Shown: positions 35,500 to 43,093 of the stretch, in pieces
Layout: every line of letters starts with the position of its first letter
Numbering within the stretch: the stretch's first letter is position 1
Position numbers and translations under genes: made by a program
From: a virus
Length of the DNA stretch: 43,093 nt
Virus record (IMG/VR): IMGVR_UViG_3300045988_049952
Span: 1 to 43,093 of that record
Strand: one strand, 5' to 3'
Notes under the pieces: generated by a model
Seen by the model: the letters and a program-made list of their open reading frames with translations, nothing else
Told to the model about the DNA's origin: nothing
Database searches by the model: none

Positions 35500-36063
35500 T
35501 TACCCCGCGATCTTCTTAATTGATCCGCCCGTAATTGCTACGAGGCGTGTTGGTGAATCCTCCGGTGTTACGTTGCGTGGCTCGCGCTTATCATCTGCAT
35601 CCTCATCCTCGTCAAAAAGATTTCCCTGTCCTCTGTGGACGAGCAGGTAACGCAGCGCCTCATCCTGTAAATCCTTGAGATTGCTGGCGGCAACAAGGCT
35701 AAACGCCCTTGAGGAAGACGATCCATTATCGCCAGGAATCCTGAAGAGTGGCGTGTTGATGGCTGTTGTCGCACCTGAACCCGGCATCTTGTAGTTGCAC
35801 ATGATGACCGCATCTGTACCGCACTCTGAATGGGAATAGGCTACGCCCGTCGGGATGATGCGCTCTGCGTACTGTCCGGGGTCAAGCTCGAGAATCTCGC
35901 AGACGTCGATCTTGAGACGAGAAAGAACCTCCCAAAATGAAGGATCCGGCTCTTCCTGAAATTTCGACGTGTGGCTGCTGATATGCCCGTCCTTGTCCTT
36001 TTTCTGGTAGTCAAGGATGAGTTTCCCGCCGTGAATTTTGATTTTCTTGAATGTGTACTCCAT
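35500..36063 (-). CDS. Hypothetical protein of the recombination module
   Basis: 187-aa ORF between the MBL hydrolase and the replisome organizer. Confidence 0.4.
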   Translation of the reverse strand: MEYTFKKIKIHGGKLILDYQKKDKDGHISSHTSKFQEEPDPSFWEVLSRLKIDVCEILELDPGQYAERIIPTGVAYSHSECGTDAVIMCNYKMPGSGATTAINTPLFRIPGDNGSSSSRAFSLVAASNLKDLQDEALRYLLVHRGQGNLFDEDEDADDKREPRNVTPEDSPTRLVAITGGSIKKIAG

Positions 36064-36075
36064 GATTATCCTCCT

Positions 36076-36762
36076 CTATGCGATATAAACCTCTGCGCCC
36101 GTCTCCTGCTGCACCAACTTCTTGAACACCTCTGCGTCGCTGTTGTTGTCCGAGAGATGCAGAAGGTAAATTTGCCGCACCTTCGTCATGTCATTTGCTT
36201 GCAGAAGATCGAGCAGGGTCTCGATGCTCATGTGCGTTTGGATGACGCGCTCTGCCAAATAAAGCGGGATCCGCTCATGCTTGGCATTGTCAATGATGAT
36301 CTCCTGCGCGTAGTTCGCTTCGATCATGATGTGGGTCAATCCAGAAAATGTGTATTTGACGTAGGCACTATCGGTGATGTAGACGAGCTTTTCGCCCGTC
36401 TCCACCGATGTTGCTTGATACCCATAGCATTCTGCGTCGTGCTCTACCTCAAATGGCAGGATCCGGAATGTGCCGATGGTATGCTCCTGTAATGGTGCCA
36501 AGGCCCGTACTCCCTTGTGAAGCTCTGCAACGTCAGCGTTGCTGTAGACCGTGATTCCGCGTTGCAGGAGCTTTGGGATTGCCATTGCGTGATCGCCGTG
36601 CCGGTGTGTTACAAGGCAGGCGTCAATGCTGCTCGTTTGGAATCCGCATCCGATCTGGATGCGTTTGAACGGGATTCCTGCATCAAGGAGGAGGCGGGTA
36701 TGCCCATCCCCGATGAGGTAGGCGTTCCCGCTGCTCCCCGACGCAATGATCTTGATGTCCAC
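36076..36762 (-). CDS. MBL-fold metallo-hydrolase
   Basis: HxHxDH motif VTHRHGDH. Confidence 0.8.
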   Translation of the reverse strand: MDIKIIASGSSGNAYLIGDGHTRLLLDAGIPFKRIQIGCGFQTSSIDACLVTHRHGDHAMAIPKLLQRGITVYSNADVAELHKGVRALAPLQEHTIGTFRILPFEVEHDAECYGYQATSVETGEKLVYITDSAYVKYTFSGLTHIMIEANYAQEIIIDNAKHERIPLYLAERVIQTHMSIETLLDLLQANDMTKVRQIYLLHLSDNNSDAEVFKKLVQQETGAEVYIA

Positions 36763-36764
36763 GA

Positions 36765-37631
36765 TCAGAAGCTCATGCCCGCATAAAGCCCTGCGCTCGG
36801 TGCTGTTGACGCAGCTGCTGCGACGGCTTCAACGGGGGCAACAGGCGCGGATGCGGCGGGCGGTGTTGCTGCCTTTTTGCGCGGTGCGGAGGTGATTGCC
36901 CGCGTCTCCTCTCGCACATCCGCAGCAGCTTCGATGGTCTGTACGGGCGGTGTCACATTCTGCGGCACTTCCAGCTGCGGGGCAAGTTCCTCGGTGTTAG
37001 CATTACGGCGGATTTCCTCGGCAAGCGGCGTTTCCATGATGGTCTGCGGGGTGACGTCGATCGTGTCTTTCACTTCGTCAACCGTCTGCAGTCCCATTGC
37101 CAGCTCCGGGGCGGTGGTACGAATGAACCACGCCGCCGCACGGTAGCGGAGCATCTGATCGGGCATGGTCTTCCACTTGCTCCCGCTCTTGCCGTACCAC
37201 CCCTCGTCTTTGGCAATCTTGATCGTGACCTCGGGTCCTTTGATAACTTCACCCGTGGACTTCTCCTTTGCCCATGCGACCACGCCCTGCGTATCCGTCC
37301 CCTTCTTTCCCGTCTCCTCGTAGTGGATGGATTCGTACCGCCCGCACTGGTTGAACATGGCGATCATGAACTTGCTCGACCAGCTCGGCGTGCCGTAGAC
37401 CACATAGAGGTTCTGCATGACCATGAGGGGGTCTGCGCCGAGCCTTTGCGCCATGTTGAGTGCGATGACGCAGTTGCCGAAGTTCTTCTCTCCCCGAAAC
37501 TGCTCCGGCACAAGGGTCGAGCCGACAAACATGTTCGCCATGCGCTGCAGGAGGGCGAACCCTTCCGCACTCTGGAATCCTGCGGTGACGCCCATCGGAG
37601 CGGTTGCAACCATCTTCATTTCATTTTCCAT
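36765..37631 (-). CDS. recT: RecT-family single-strand annealing recombinase
   Basis: 288 aa with a RecT-like core and an Ala/Pro-rich C-terminal tail. Confidence 0.75.
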   Translation of the reverse strand: MENEMKMVATAPMGVTAGFQSAEGFALLQRMANMFVGSTLVPEQFRGEKNFGNCVIALNMAQRLGADPLMVMQNLYVVYGTPSWSSKFMIAMFNQCGRYESIHYEETGKKGTDTQGVVAWAKEKSTGEVIKGPEVTIKIAKDEGWYGKSGSKWKTMPDQMLRYRAAAWFIRTTAPELAMGLQTVDEVKDTIDVTPQTIMETPLAEEIRRNANTEELAPQLEVPQNVTPPVQTIEAAADVREETRAITSAPRKKAATPPAASAPVAPVEAVAAAASTAPSAGLYAGMSF

Positions 37632-37644
37632 TTTCTTTTCCTCC

Positions 37645-39603
37645 TTAATCCTTGAGCTCTACTCTTATCGCTTGATCCTCTGCTGATACAATCAGCCGGA
37701 TCAGCTGTGTATCGACATTGAGCGGCTCTGTGACGCTCTCTCCCTGATCCATGATGATCGGGAGATGTACGCCATAGTGCTTGGAGAGCGTCGTCACAAT
37801 GTCGAGCTTGGCATTGACCTGCGCGGCGTAGTTCGCGCTGCGGTACTCGACCCATGTGCCGTCCTTGCTCTCAACGGTCGGCTCGCAAATCTCGCGCAGC
37901 CCGCCGTTGATCTGGTCGCGGAAGAGGACAAAACGCACGTAGCGGAAATGTGCGTTGATGCTGTCCGTGACCATCCGCGCTTTCGTGCGGACGAACTCCT
38001 CGCACAGGTGAATCCCATGCTCGAGGTATTCCATCTGTTCCGCCGCATGTTTGAGCTCCTGCTTGAGCTCTCCGACGCGCATCCGGCTGTCCTCGGAGGA
38101 CTGTGCCTTTGCGATGCGCAGGTTGACCGCTGCGATCTCGTCTTTGACGCTCTGGATGTCGCGGTCATAGGCGTTCATCGTGCCCTCTGTCGTACTCTGT
38201 CCGAGACGCTGACGGTTACGCAGTTCCTCCATGCGGGCGGTGATTTCTTTGTATTCCGCCGTCTCCTCGAAGGGCGGCGGTGTAGCAAGCTCTGACTTCC
38301 GCTCGTAGATGAGCTCATCGATATCCTCGATGTAGCTCTTTTTCGCCTCAATCTCCGCCACCTGTGCATCAATCTCTGCTGTGAGCGCGTCGATCTTGTC
38401 CTTGCTGCATGCTTGCCCCCGGCGGTTGATGTCCTCCTTCGCCGTAGATTTTTCTGCGTTAAACTCTGCACGCAGCTCCTCGATCTTTTCGGCCGGAAGC
38501 GGCTGATGGCAGGTTGGGCAAATCTCCGCCCCTGCGTCCCACTGCCGCGCCTGTACTGCCGCGTACTCCTCCATGAGTGCCTTACGCTGCTCCTGCATGC
38601 GTGTCATCTCTCGGAGATTGTCTTGATGTTTGCGATTGAGAGCGTCGAGCTTGTCTTGCACGCTGCGTTTTTCTGCGATCATGCAGTCAATCATCGCGTT
38701 GGTCTCTCGATTTGCCGCCATGCCCTGCTCGATGTATGCGGCACGCTTGGTCGCAAGGTCAACTTCAAGGCCCGCAAGGGCGGCGCGTGTTGCCTCCTGC
38801 TTTCCGTCCGGAGTGGAGAGGCTGCGCTTCTTTTCCTCAATGGAGGCTTTCTTTTCCTCCAATGAGCGGAGCTGCGCGTTCAGGGTCTCCACATCCTCGA
38901 CATTCTCGGCGACGTTCTTGCTCGCCTCGTCAATGCGGGCGGGAAGTGTCTCAAGGTCTTTATTCAGTTTCTTTTTCTGTTCAGCAGCGATCTTCTTCCA
39001 CTGCTCGACGGTATAGTGCTTGTCCTCCGTTCCCGGCATGAGAAAGAAATCCTCGATTCCTTCCAGTTCCTCATTCGCCGCGATGACATCCATGTCCGTG
39101 AACTCACCCGCCATCTCAAAGAGGATGCGGCGCTTCTCGTCGGTCTTCATCGTGTCGGCAAAGTAGCCGAGAACCATCAGCATCTTGACACGCTCAAGGT
39201 CAATCCCGCACGCGGTCTCAAGAACCTCCGTGTACTCCTTCTTCTTGGACTTCACACCGTCGATGTAATAGTCCGTGACATTGCCCGTGAACTCCTCAGT
39301 GGATGAACCTCGCTTGCGCGTCCACTTCTCGTAGAAGTCTTTCGCGAGCGTCATGCGCCGACCGTTCGGAAGCTCGACGGTCATTTCCGCCTTGTGGTTC
39401 AATCCGTGCGTCCCCTCCGTCTTTGGCGTAAAGTCCGACTCCTCTGTAGCGGGACGGTCAATCAGGAGCCAGCAGATCGCATTGGCGATTGTGGTCTTTC
39501 CCGTCCCGTTTGCGCCGAGCACATCCGCATCCTTGCCGTCAAAGTTGACGGTGAGGTTCTTGATACTGCGAAAGTTCTCAAGCGTCAGGCTCAGTATCTT
39601 CAT
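37645..39603 (-). CDS. SMC/SbcC-like AAA ATPase
   Basis: N-terminal Walker A GANGTGKTT. Long coiled coils. C-terminal signature/Walker B region. Confidence 0.75.
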   Translation of the reverse strand: MKILSLTLENFRSIKNLTVNFDGKDADVLGANGTGKTTIANAICWLLIDRPATEESDFTPKTEGTHGLNHKAEMTVELPNGRRMTLAKDFYEKWTRKRGSSTEEFTGNVTDYYIDGVKSKKKEYTEVLETACGIDLERVKMLMVLGYFADTMKTDEKRRILFEMAGEFTDMDVIAANEELEGIEDFFLMPGTEDKHYTVEQWKKIAAEQKKKLNKDLETLPARIDEASKNVAENVEDVETLNAQLRSLEEKKASIEEKKRSLSTPDGKQEATRAALAGLEVDLATKRAAYIEQGMAANRETNAMIDCMIAEKRSVQDKLDALNRKHQDNLREMTRMQEQRKALMEEYAAVQARQWDAGAEICPTCHQPLPAEKIEELRAEFNAEKSTAKEDINRRGQACSKDKIDALTAEIDAQVAEIEAKKSYIEDIDELIYERKSELATPPPFEETAEYKEITARMEELRNRQRLGQSTTEGTMNAYDRDIQSVKDEIAAVNLRIAKAQSSEDSRMRVGELKQELKHAAEQMEYLEHGIHLCEEFVRTKARMVTDSINAHFRYVRFVLFRDQINGGLREICEPTVESKDGTWVEYRSANYAAQVNAKLDIVTTLSKHYGVHLPIIMDQGESVTEPLNVDTQLIRLIVSAEDQAIRVELKD

Positions 39604-39606
39604 TTG

Positions 39607-39774
39607 CTATTCCTCCTCGTCATCTACATATGCGTATGCAGAAAAGCGCATTTCTGCTCCCTCTTCAAAAAGTTCAGAACGCTCCATGTGCCGTACGATA
39701 CGTTCAGCTGCTTTCTTGCTCTCCGCCTCGACCTCGATTTCTCCCTCAATTTCAAACTCAACCTTGTAGGTCAT
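39607..39774 (-). CDS. Small acidic protein (55 aa), not in the ORF track
   Basis: MTYKVEFEIEGEIEVEAE... GGAGGAAAG RBS. The start overlaps the upstream gene stop in an ATGA. Confidence 0.4.
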   Translation of the reverse strand: MTYKVEFEIEGEIEVEAESKKAAERIVRHMERSELFEEGAEMRFSAYAYVDDEEE

Positions 39775-40112
39775 TGTCTTTCCTCCTCATCCGTTGTATG
39801 GGTTTTCTTTCCGTATTTCCGTAGATAGAACTTTGCCATCTCCTCAATCCCGCGCACCATCTCCGCGTCCGGCCGACGCGGCGGGTCAATGAATATGACA
39901 CCGCCGCCGGGGCACACGTGGTATCCGCTCTCAGACTGCGTTTCCTCCTCCGGCTCGTCCTCAAAGTCCGATAGCTTTTCCATGAACTGAATCCACTTGT
40001 CCACATCTGCTTTACTCTTGAAATCCGGCCAGTGATAAGGAACGACGCAGAAGTCACATTTCCTGTACCGCTCCCAGAAGTATTTCCATACTTCATCCGT
40101 CATTGCATTCAC
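39771..40112 (-). CDS. Hypothetical early protein
   Basis: 113-aa ORF, translationally coupled to the downstream small ORF. Confidence 0.4.
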   Translation of the reverse strand: MNAMTDEVWKYFWERYRKCDFCVVPYHWPDFKSKADVDKWIQFMEKLSDFEDEPEEETQSESGYHVCPGGGVIFIDPPRRPDAEMVRGIEEMAKFYLRKYGKKTHTTDEEERQ

Positions 40113-40143
40113 TCCTCATCCGTGATATACTCACGGTGTAGAC

Positions 40144-40497
40144 TTACTCTGCGCCCTGTGCGGTTGCCGCCGCATCGGGCGTTTTTTCTTGTTCAATTCT
40201 CCACTGCTCCGGGATGTCTACCTGGAGACTGTAGCGGTCGTTTATCCCGCGCAGCCCCTTCATCTTGGCGACGATGTAGGCTTTCGCCTCTGCCGAGCTT
40301 GGAAACTTTACGGTTTCCTGATAGAAGGTCAGCCCCACGGCGTACTCTTCGATTTTCACCGTATCCCCGCCGTCCCAATCGTAGGACAGTTGAGATACCC
40401 AGCTCTCACTATCGGTGAGCAGGCGGAGGCTTTTCGTCCCCTCCGTCACTTTTTCTTCATGCCCCTGAGCCCGATAGCTCTGGATCCACTTTTTCAT
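40144..40497 (-). CDS. Hypothetical early protein
   Basis: 117-aa ORF. Confidence 0.4.
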   Translation of the reverse strand: MKKWIQSYRAQGHEEKVTEGTKSLRLLTDSESWVSQLSYDWDGGDTVKIEEYAVGLTFYQETVKFPSSAEAKAYIVAKMKGLRGINDRYSLQVDIPEQWRIEQEKTPDAAATAQGAE

Positions 40498-40670
40498 TTC
40501 TGCTTCTCCTTATCCAGTTCTCGCATAATGCCTTTCGCAAGTTTCCTTGCACAGGAACGGCATATCTGAAAAGTAACCGCAGCGGATCCGAGATTCATCA
40601 CAAATTGTTTATGGATCTCTTTGCCGCATGCAAAGCAATTTCCACGGCTATACCTTGTTGTCACCCTCAT
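40494..40670 (-). CDS. Small zinc-ribbon-like protein (58 aa, C-x2-C...C-x2-C), not in the ORF track
   Basis: MRVTTRYSRGNCFACGKEIHKQ...QICRSCARKL. ATGA overlaps at both ends. Confidence 0.4.
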   Translation of the reverse strand: MRVTTRYSRGNCFACGKEIHKQFVMNLGSAAVTFQICRSCARKLAKGIMRELDKEKQK

Positions 40671-40849
40671 TTCTGTTCCTCCTCCTTCCTTGCATTGAGT
40701 TCCTGCACGCGCTTTTGTGCCTCATCTCGTGTTCTATAGGTACAAGAATCAAATTCTATCCCTGGGGGTAGCACCATGCGATACGCCCGATATATTGGCG
40801 GTGTATCCTCTTTTGTTGTTTGTTGACAGGTTCCCCACGCGCTCTTCAT
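40667..40849 (-). CDS. Small Cys-containing protein, paralog A
   Basis: 60 aa. C-terminal motif RTRDEAQKRVQELNARKEEEQK is shared with the next gene. Confidence 0.4.
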   Translation of the reverse strand: MKSAWGTCQQTTKEDTPPIYRAYRMVLPPGIEFDSCTYRTRDEAQKRVQELNARKEEEQK

Positions 40850-41016
40850 TTTGACTCCTCTTCCGTCACATTCAGTTCATCCGCGCGTTCCTGTGCCGCC
40901 CGCTCCGTTCCGAAGATGTGTTCATCCATCTCCATCACGCCATCAATGGTGCGGCATGCACAGTACATCGGCAAAGATAGACTGTTGCGCTTTCGGCAAA
41001 CTTCCCACTTCATCAT
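40846..41016 (-). CDS. Small Cys-containing protein, paralog B
   Basis: Start taken at MMKWEV, an ATGA overlap with the DUF3560 stop. C-terminal TERAAQERADELNVTEEESK. Confidence 0.4.
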   Translation of the reverse strand: MMKWEVCRKRNSLSLPMYCACRTIDGVMEMDEHIFGTERAAQERADELNVTEEESK

Positions 41017-41801
41017 TTCCTCACCTCCATCTCGTCCAGTTGTCTCCTGACCTGCCGGGCAGCATAAAGCCCGTTCCCGGATGCCTGACGCACCCACGCG
41101 CCCCTCGACGGCGACCACTTGAACGCGTTTCGCTTCAAGATACTCCGCACGTCCTCATCCGGCTTTCCGTCAAAGATGAACTGCACGCGGTTGTCCTCGA
41201 CTTTCAGCTCGTATAAATCGGTCACGATGTGCTCTGGTTCTCGCTCGGCACGCTGTTCCAACTCCTTGATGCGGGCTTCGATGCGGCGGATATTCGCCCC
41301 GTTGTTTGAGATTTGCCACGCAGGGAAGCCAACGTGCCCATACTTAGGAGTGCGTAGCGTTGCAATATCCTCTGTGGTATAGCCCATCTCTGCGAGTTTT
41401 GCGTCGCCTTTCGCCGTATCCTTCATGCGGATTGCACGATTTGTGGCTTTCATACGTTCTTGTTTGTCTTTCAGGTGCTCAACTTCTTTTTTGAGTTTTT
41501 CGATAGCGTCGGGATCGTCCGAGCTGATTCCACCTGTTCCAACACGCGCCGCCTTCTGCTCGTAGTAATCTGCTTTCTCGTCCAATCGAAATGCCTTTTC
41601 AGACGTTGCACGAATCTTTGCCCGAAAGGCACGATCTCGTTTTTCTGAATGATGCCCAACGTGAATCGGCTGCCCGAACGGAATTACCTCGCTCATTTCC
41701 CTTGCCCGCTGCCAACCTTCACTGGATTCAGTACGCGCCCTTTCGGCACGCTCCAAATACCGTTCGCGGCGTGCTTCCTGCCGCTCCTCATAGCTGTTCA
41801 T
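41013..41801 (-). CDS. DUF3560-like protein
   Basis: C-terminal motif ...RNAFKWSPSRGAWVRQ. Coiled-coil central region. Confidence 0.45.
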   Translation of the reverse strand: MNSYEERQEARRERYLERAERARTESSEGWQRAREMSEVIPFGQPIHVGHHSEKRDRAFRAKIRATSEKAFRLDEKADYYEQKAARVGTGGISSDDPDAIEKLKKEVEHLKDKQERMKATNRAIRMKDTAKGDAKLAEMGYTTEDIATLRTPKYGHVGFPAWQISNNGANIRRIEARIKELEQRAEREPEHIVTDLYELKVEDNRVQFIFDGKPDEDVRSILKRNAFKWSPSRGAWVRQASGNGLYAARQVRRQLDEMEVRK

Positions 41802-42145
41802 TCCTTCTCCTCCTCACCCTTGACCCAATAGGTCAAGGTCAACTTATCCCCGGGATATATCATCCCGTCCCTGTCGAGGAGCCACGGATTGTTTTCGTAC
41901 ATCCCTTCTTTATACTCAAGGATGTACCGCCGCGTCCCCGTATTCTTGGCGACGTACTCCTCTGCGATATCCCAGAGTGTGTCGCCCGGGCGCACCGTGT
42001 AGGTCTCCTCAACGAGCATGGCGTTCTTGCCGTCGTCCCAGGGGTTACACGCCCCAGAGAGGAGCGATGCTGCTGCGACGAATGCCCCGCCGATCAGAAT
42101 TGGCTGCCAAAACTCACGCATTTTCTGCCACCTCTTTTCAGGCAA
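41798..42145 (-). CDS. LysM domain protein with N-terminal TM/signal segment
   Basis: LysM signature YTVRPGDTLWDIAEEY...YPGDKL and a hydrophobic N-terminus. Confidence 0.6.
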   Translation of the reverse strand: MPEKRWQKMREFWQPILIGGAFVAAASLLSGACNPWDDGKNAMLVEETYTVRPGDTLWDIAEEYVAKNTGTRRYILEYKEGMYENNPWLLDRDGMIYPGDKLTLTYWVKGEEEKE

Positions 42146-42443
42146 TGATCCGTTTGCGCGGACGTCCGCGCCGCCGTGTCATCTCGAGCTGCTCCGCATT
42201 CTCTACAATCTTCACGGCGTGCTGCAGATCTTTGTGAGAGACCGCAGTGTCCGCGATCCATTGCAGGAGCGGTCCCCGTGCGATCTTTATGGATGTCCCC
42301 ACCCAGAAAGCAGGAAAGTCGTTCCTTCCGTGCCGCGCCGCGTGTGCCAGCGCTCGGATTAACTCAATGCGAACGCCGGTGTATGCGGCAGCCTCCTCGA
42401 CAGTGAGTGCTGCTTTTTTCCAAATTGGAATCAGTTTTTCCAT
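42138..42443 (-). CDS. Excisionase-type HTH (HTH_17-like) DNA-binding protein
   Basis: LTVEEAAAYTGV... wing pattern. Confidence 0.5.
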   Translation of the reverse strand: MEKLIPIWKKAALTVEEAAAYTGVRIELIRALAHAARHGRNDFPAFWVGTSIKIARGPLLQWIADTAVSHKDLQHAVKIVENAEQLEMTRRRGRPRKRIIA

Positions 42444-42455
42444 TTGGTCACCTCC

Positions 42456-42650
42456 TCACTTCGCGCTCGCCTTCCCCAGAAGGTAGGCTGCCGTGAGCGC
42501 CTCCTCGATCCCCCAGACGGAGACCTCGATGAAATCGAGGCTGTTGCTATTCTGCGGCTCGAAGTCCTCCCTCGCCTCCATTCCGACAAGTGTTTTCCGG
42601 GCAATCTCGAGAAGGGCTTCCTTCTCCTTGGTGCTGATTTCGTCCATCAT
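42456..42650 (-). CDS. Hypothetical small protein
   Basis: 64-aa ORF. Confidence 0.35.
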   Translation of the reverse strand: MMDEISTKEKEALLEIARKTLVGMEAREDFEPQNSNSLDFIEVSVWGIEEALTAAYLLGKASAK

Positions 42651-42662
42651 TGTTTCTCCTCC

Positions 42663-43093
42663 TTACCTGCGTTTGTCGAGATAAATCTGAATCTCAAGTG
42701 CTACTGTGGCGATCCGCTGGATGCCGATCAACAGATGCTCCATCTGCGGTACTTCGTCTGCCGTGAGCATCCCATCCCGCGCAATCTGCAGAAGCTCCTT
42801 GTCGGAATCCCTGATTGCATCGAGCGCGTTCATGAACTTCACCGTGATGCGGTCAAGCTCGTTCAGCTCTGCCTGCGGAACGGTGCGCTGCCCGATGGGA
42901 CAGCATTGCGAGCAGTGGTAGTTCAGGAGCTCCGGCGCGTGGTAGGTATCTGCCATCAGCAGAACCTCCTCGGGGTACGGGTTCAGCGTCCCGATCTCGA
43001 TGCGCTGCATCCGCTTGCGGTCGATGCCCGTCTCCTCGCTCGCGCCCTCGCGGCTGCTCAGGCGTTCGTTCTTCCCGGCTGCCGCCATGCGGG
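42663..43093 (-). CDS. XRE-like HTH protein with Cys-containing C-terminal domain. The ORF continues across the circular junction to a stronger start at window positions 99-101.
   Basis: HTH-like ...ASEETGIDRKRMQRIEIGTLNPYPEEVLLMADTY. Reading through the junction gives GGAGGTG 9 nt upstream of ATG(99-101) (MTKVAPSTASSRYYLSRMAAAG...). Confidence 0.45.
   Translation of the reverse strand, partial: RMAAAGKNERLSSREGASEETGIDRKRMQRIEIGTLNPYPEEVLLMADTYHAPELLNYHCSQCCPIGQRTVPQAELNELDRITVKFMNALDAIRDSDKELLQIARDGMLTADEVPQMEHLLIGIQRIATVALEIQIYLDKRR

Overview
This window is a complete, circularly assembled temperate phage genome of about 43.0 kb. Bases 1-55 are identical to 43039-43093, an assembler-style k-mer overlap, so the window wraps. 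GC is high (about 58%), and the PBSX-like contractile-tail (myovirus) layout suggests a Firmicutes host (Clostridia or Negativicutes type); the host call is inference only. The plus strand carries a compact lysogeny module: an XRE repressor (516-956), an ImmA/IrrE metalloprotease (960-1385), a GIY-YIG/DUF4357 nuclease (1401-2207), a secreted protein (2221-2682), and a tyrosine integrase (2684-3790). An attP follows that contains the 3' ~58 nt of a tRNA-Ser(CGA), flanked by ATGATGTCAAAA arm repeats. Everything else is on the minus strand and is driven from a divergent operator region (401-515) that holds direct repeats of TATTTCCGTCA. The early region wraps across the junction and contains a Cro-like XRE protein, an excisionase-type HTH, a LysM protein, a DUF3560 protein and a chain of ATGA-coupled small genes. 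The recombination and replication module follows: an SMC-like AAA ATPase, RecT, an MBL hydrolase, a DnaD-like replisome organizer with embedded iterons, a DnaC-like loader, MazG, an HNH endonuclease, a DUF4406 protein, a C5-MTase, a small putative MTase, SSB and RusA. Then come an ArpU/RinA-like late activator with phased TTTGCGC repeats, a ParB-MTase fusion, terS/terL, a portal with a C-terminal extension, a CPCC protein, MuF, an XkdF-like protease/scaffold with a nested internal start, the capsid, head-tail joining proteins, sheath, tube, and a tail chaperone with a -1 frameshift slippery site (GGGTTTT). Further downstream are the tape measure protein with a lysozyme-like C-terminus, the baseplate (XkdQ/R/S/T/U-like proteins), the tail fiber, and a lysis cassette (XkdX-like protein, small membrane protein, holin, amidase, tail-anchored protein). 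No rRNA, CRISPR array or intact tRNA is present. The most unusual content is the nuclease/secreted-protein cargo inside the lysogeny module, the three orphan DNA methyltransferases and the portal C-terminal extension.
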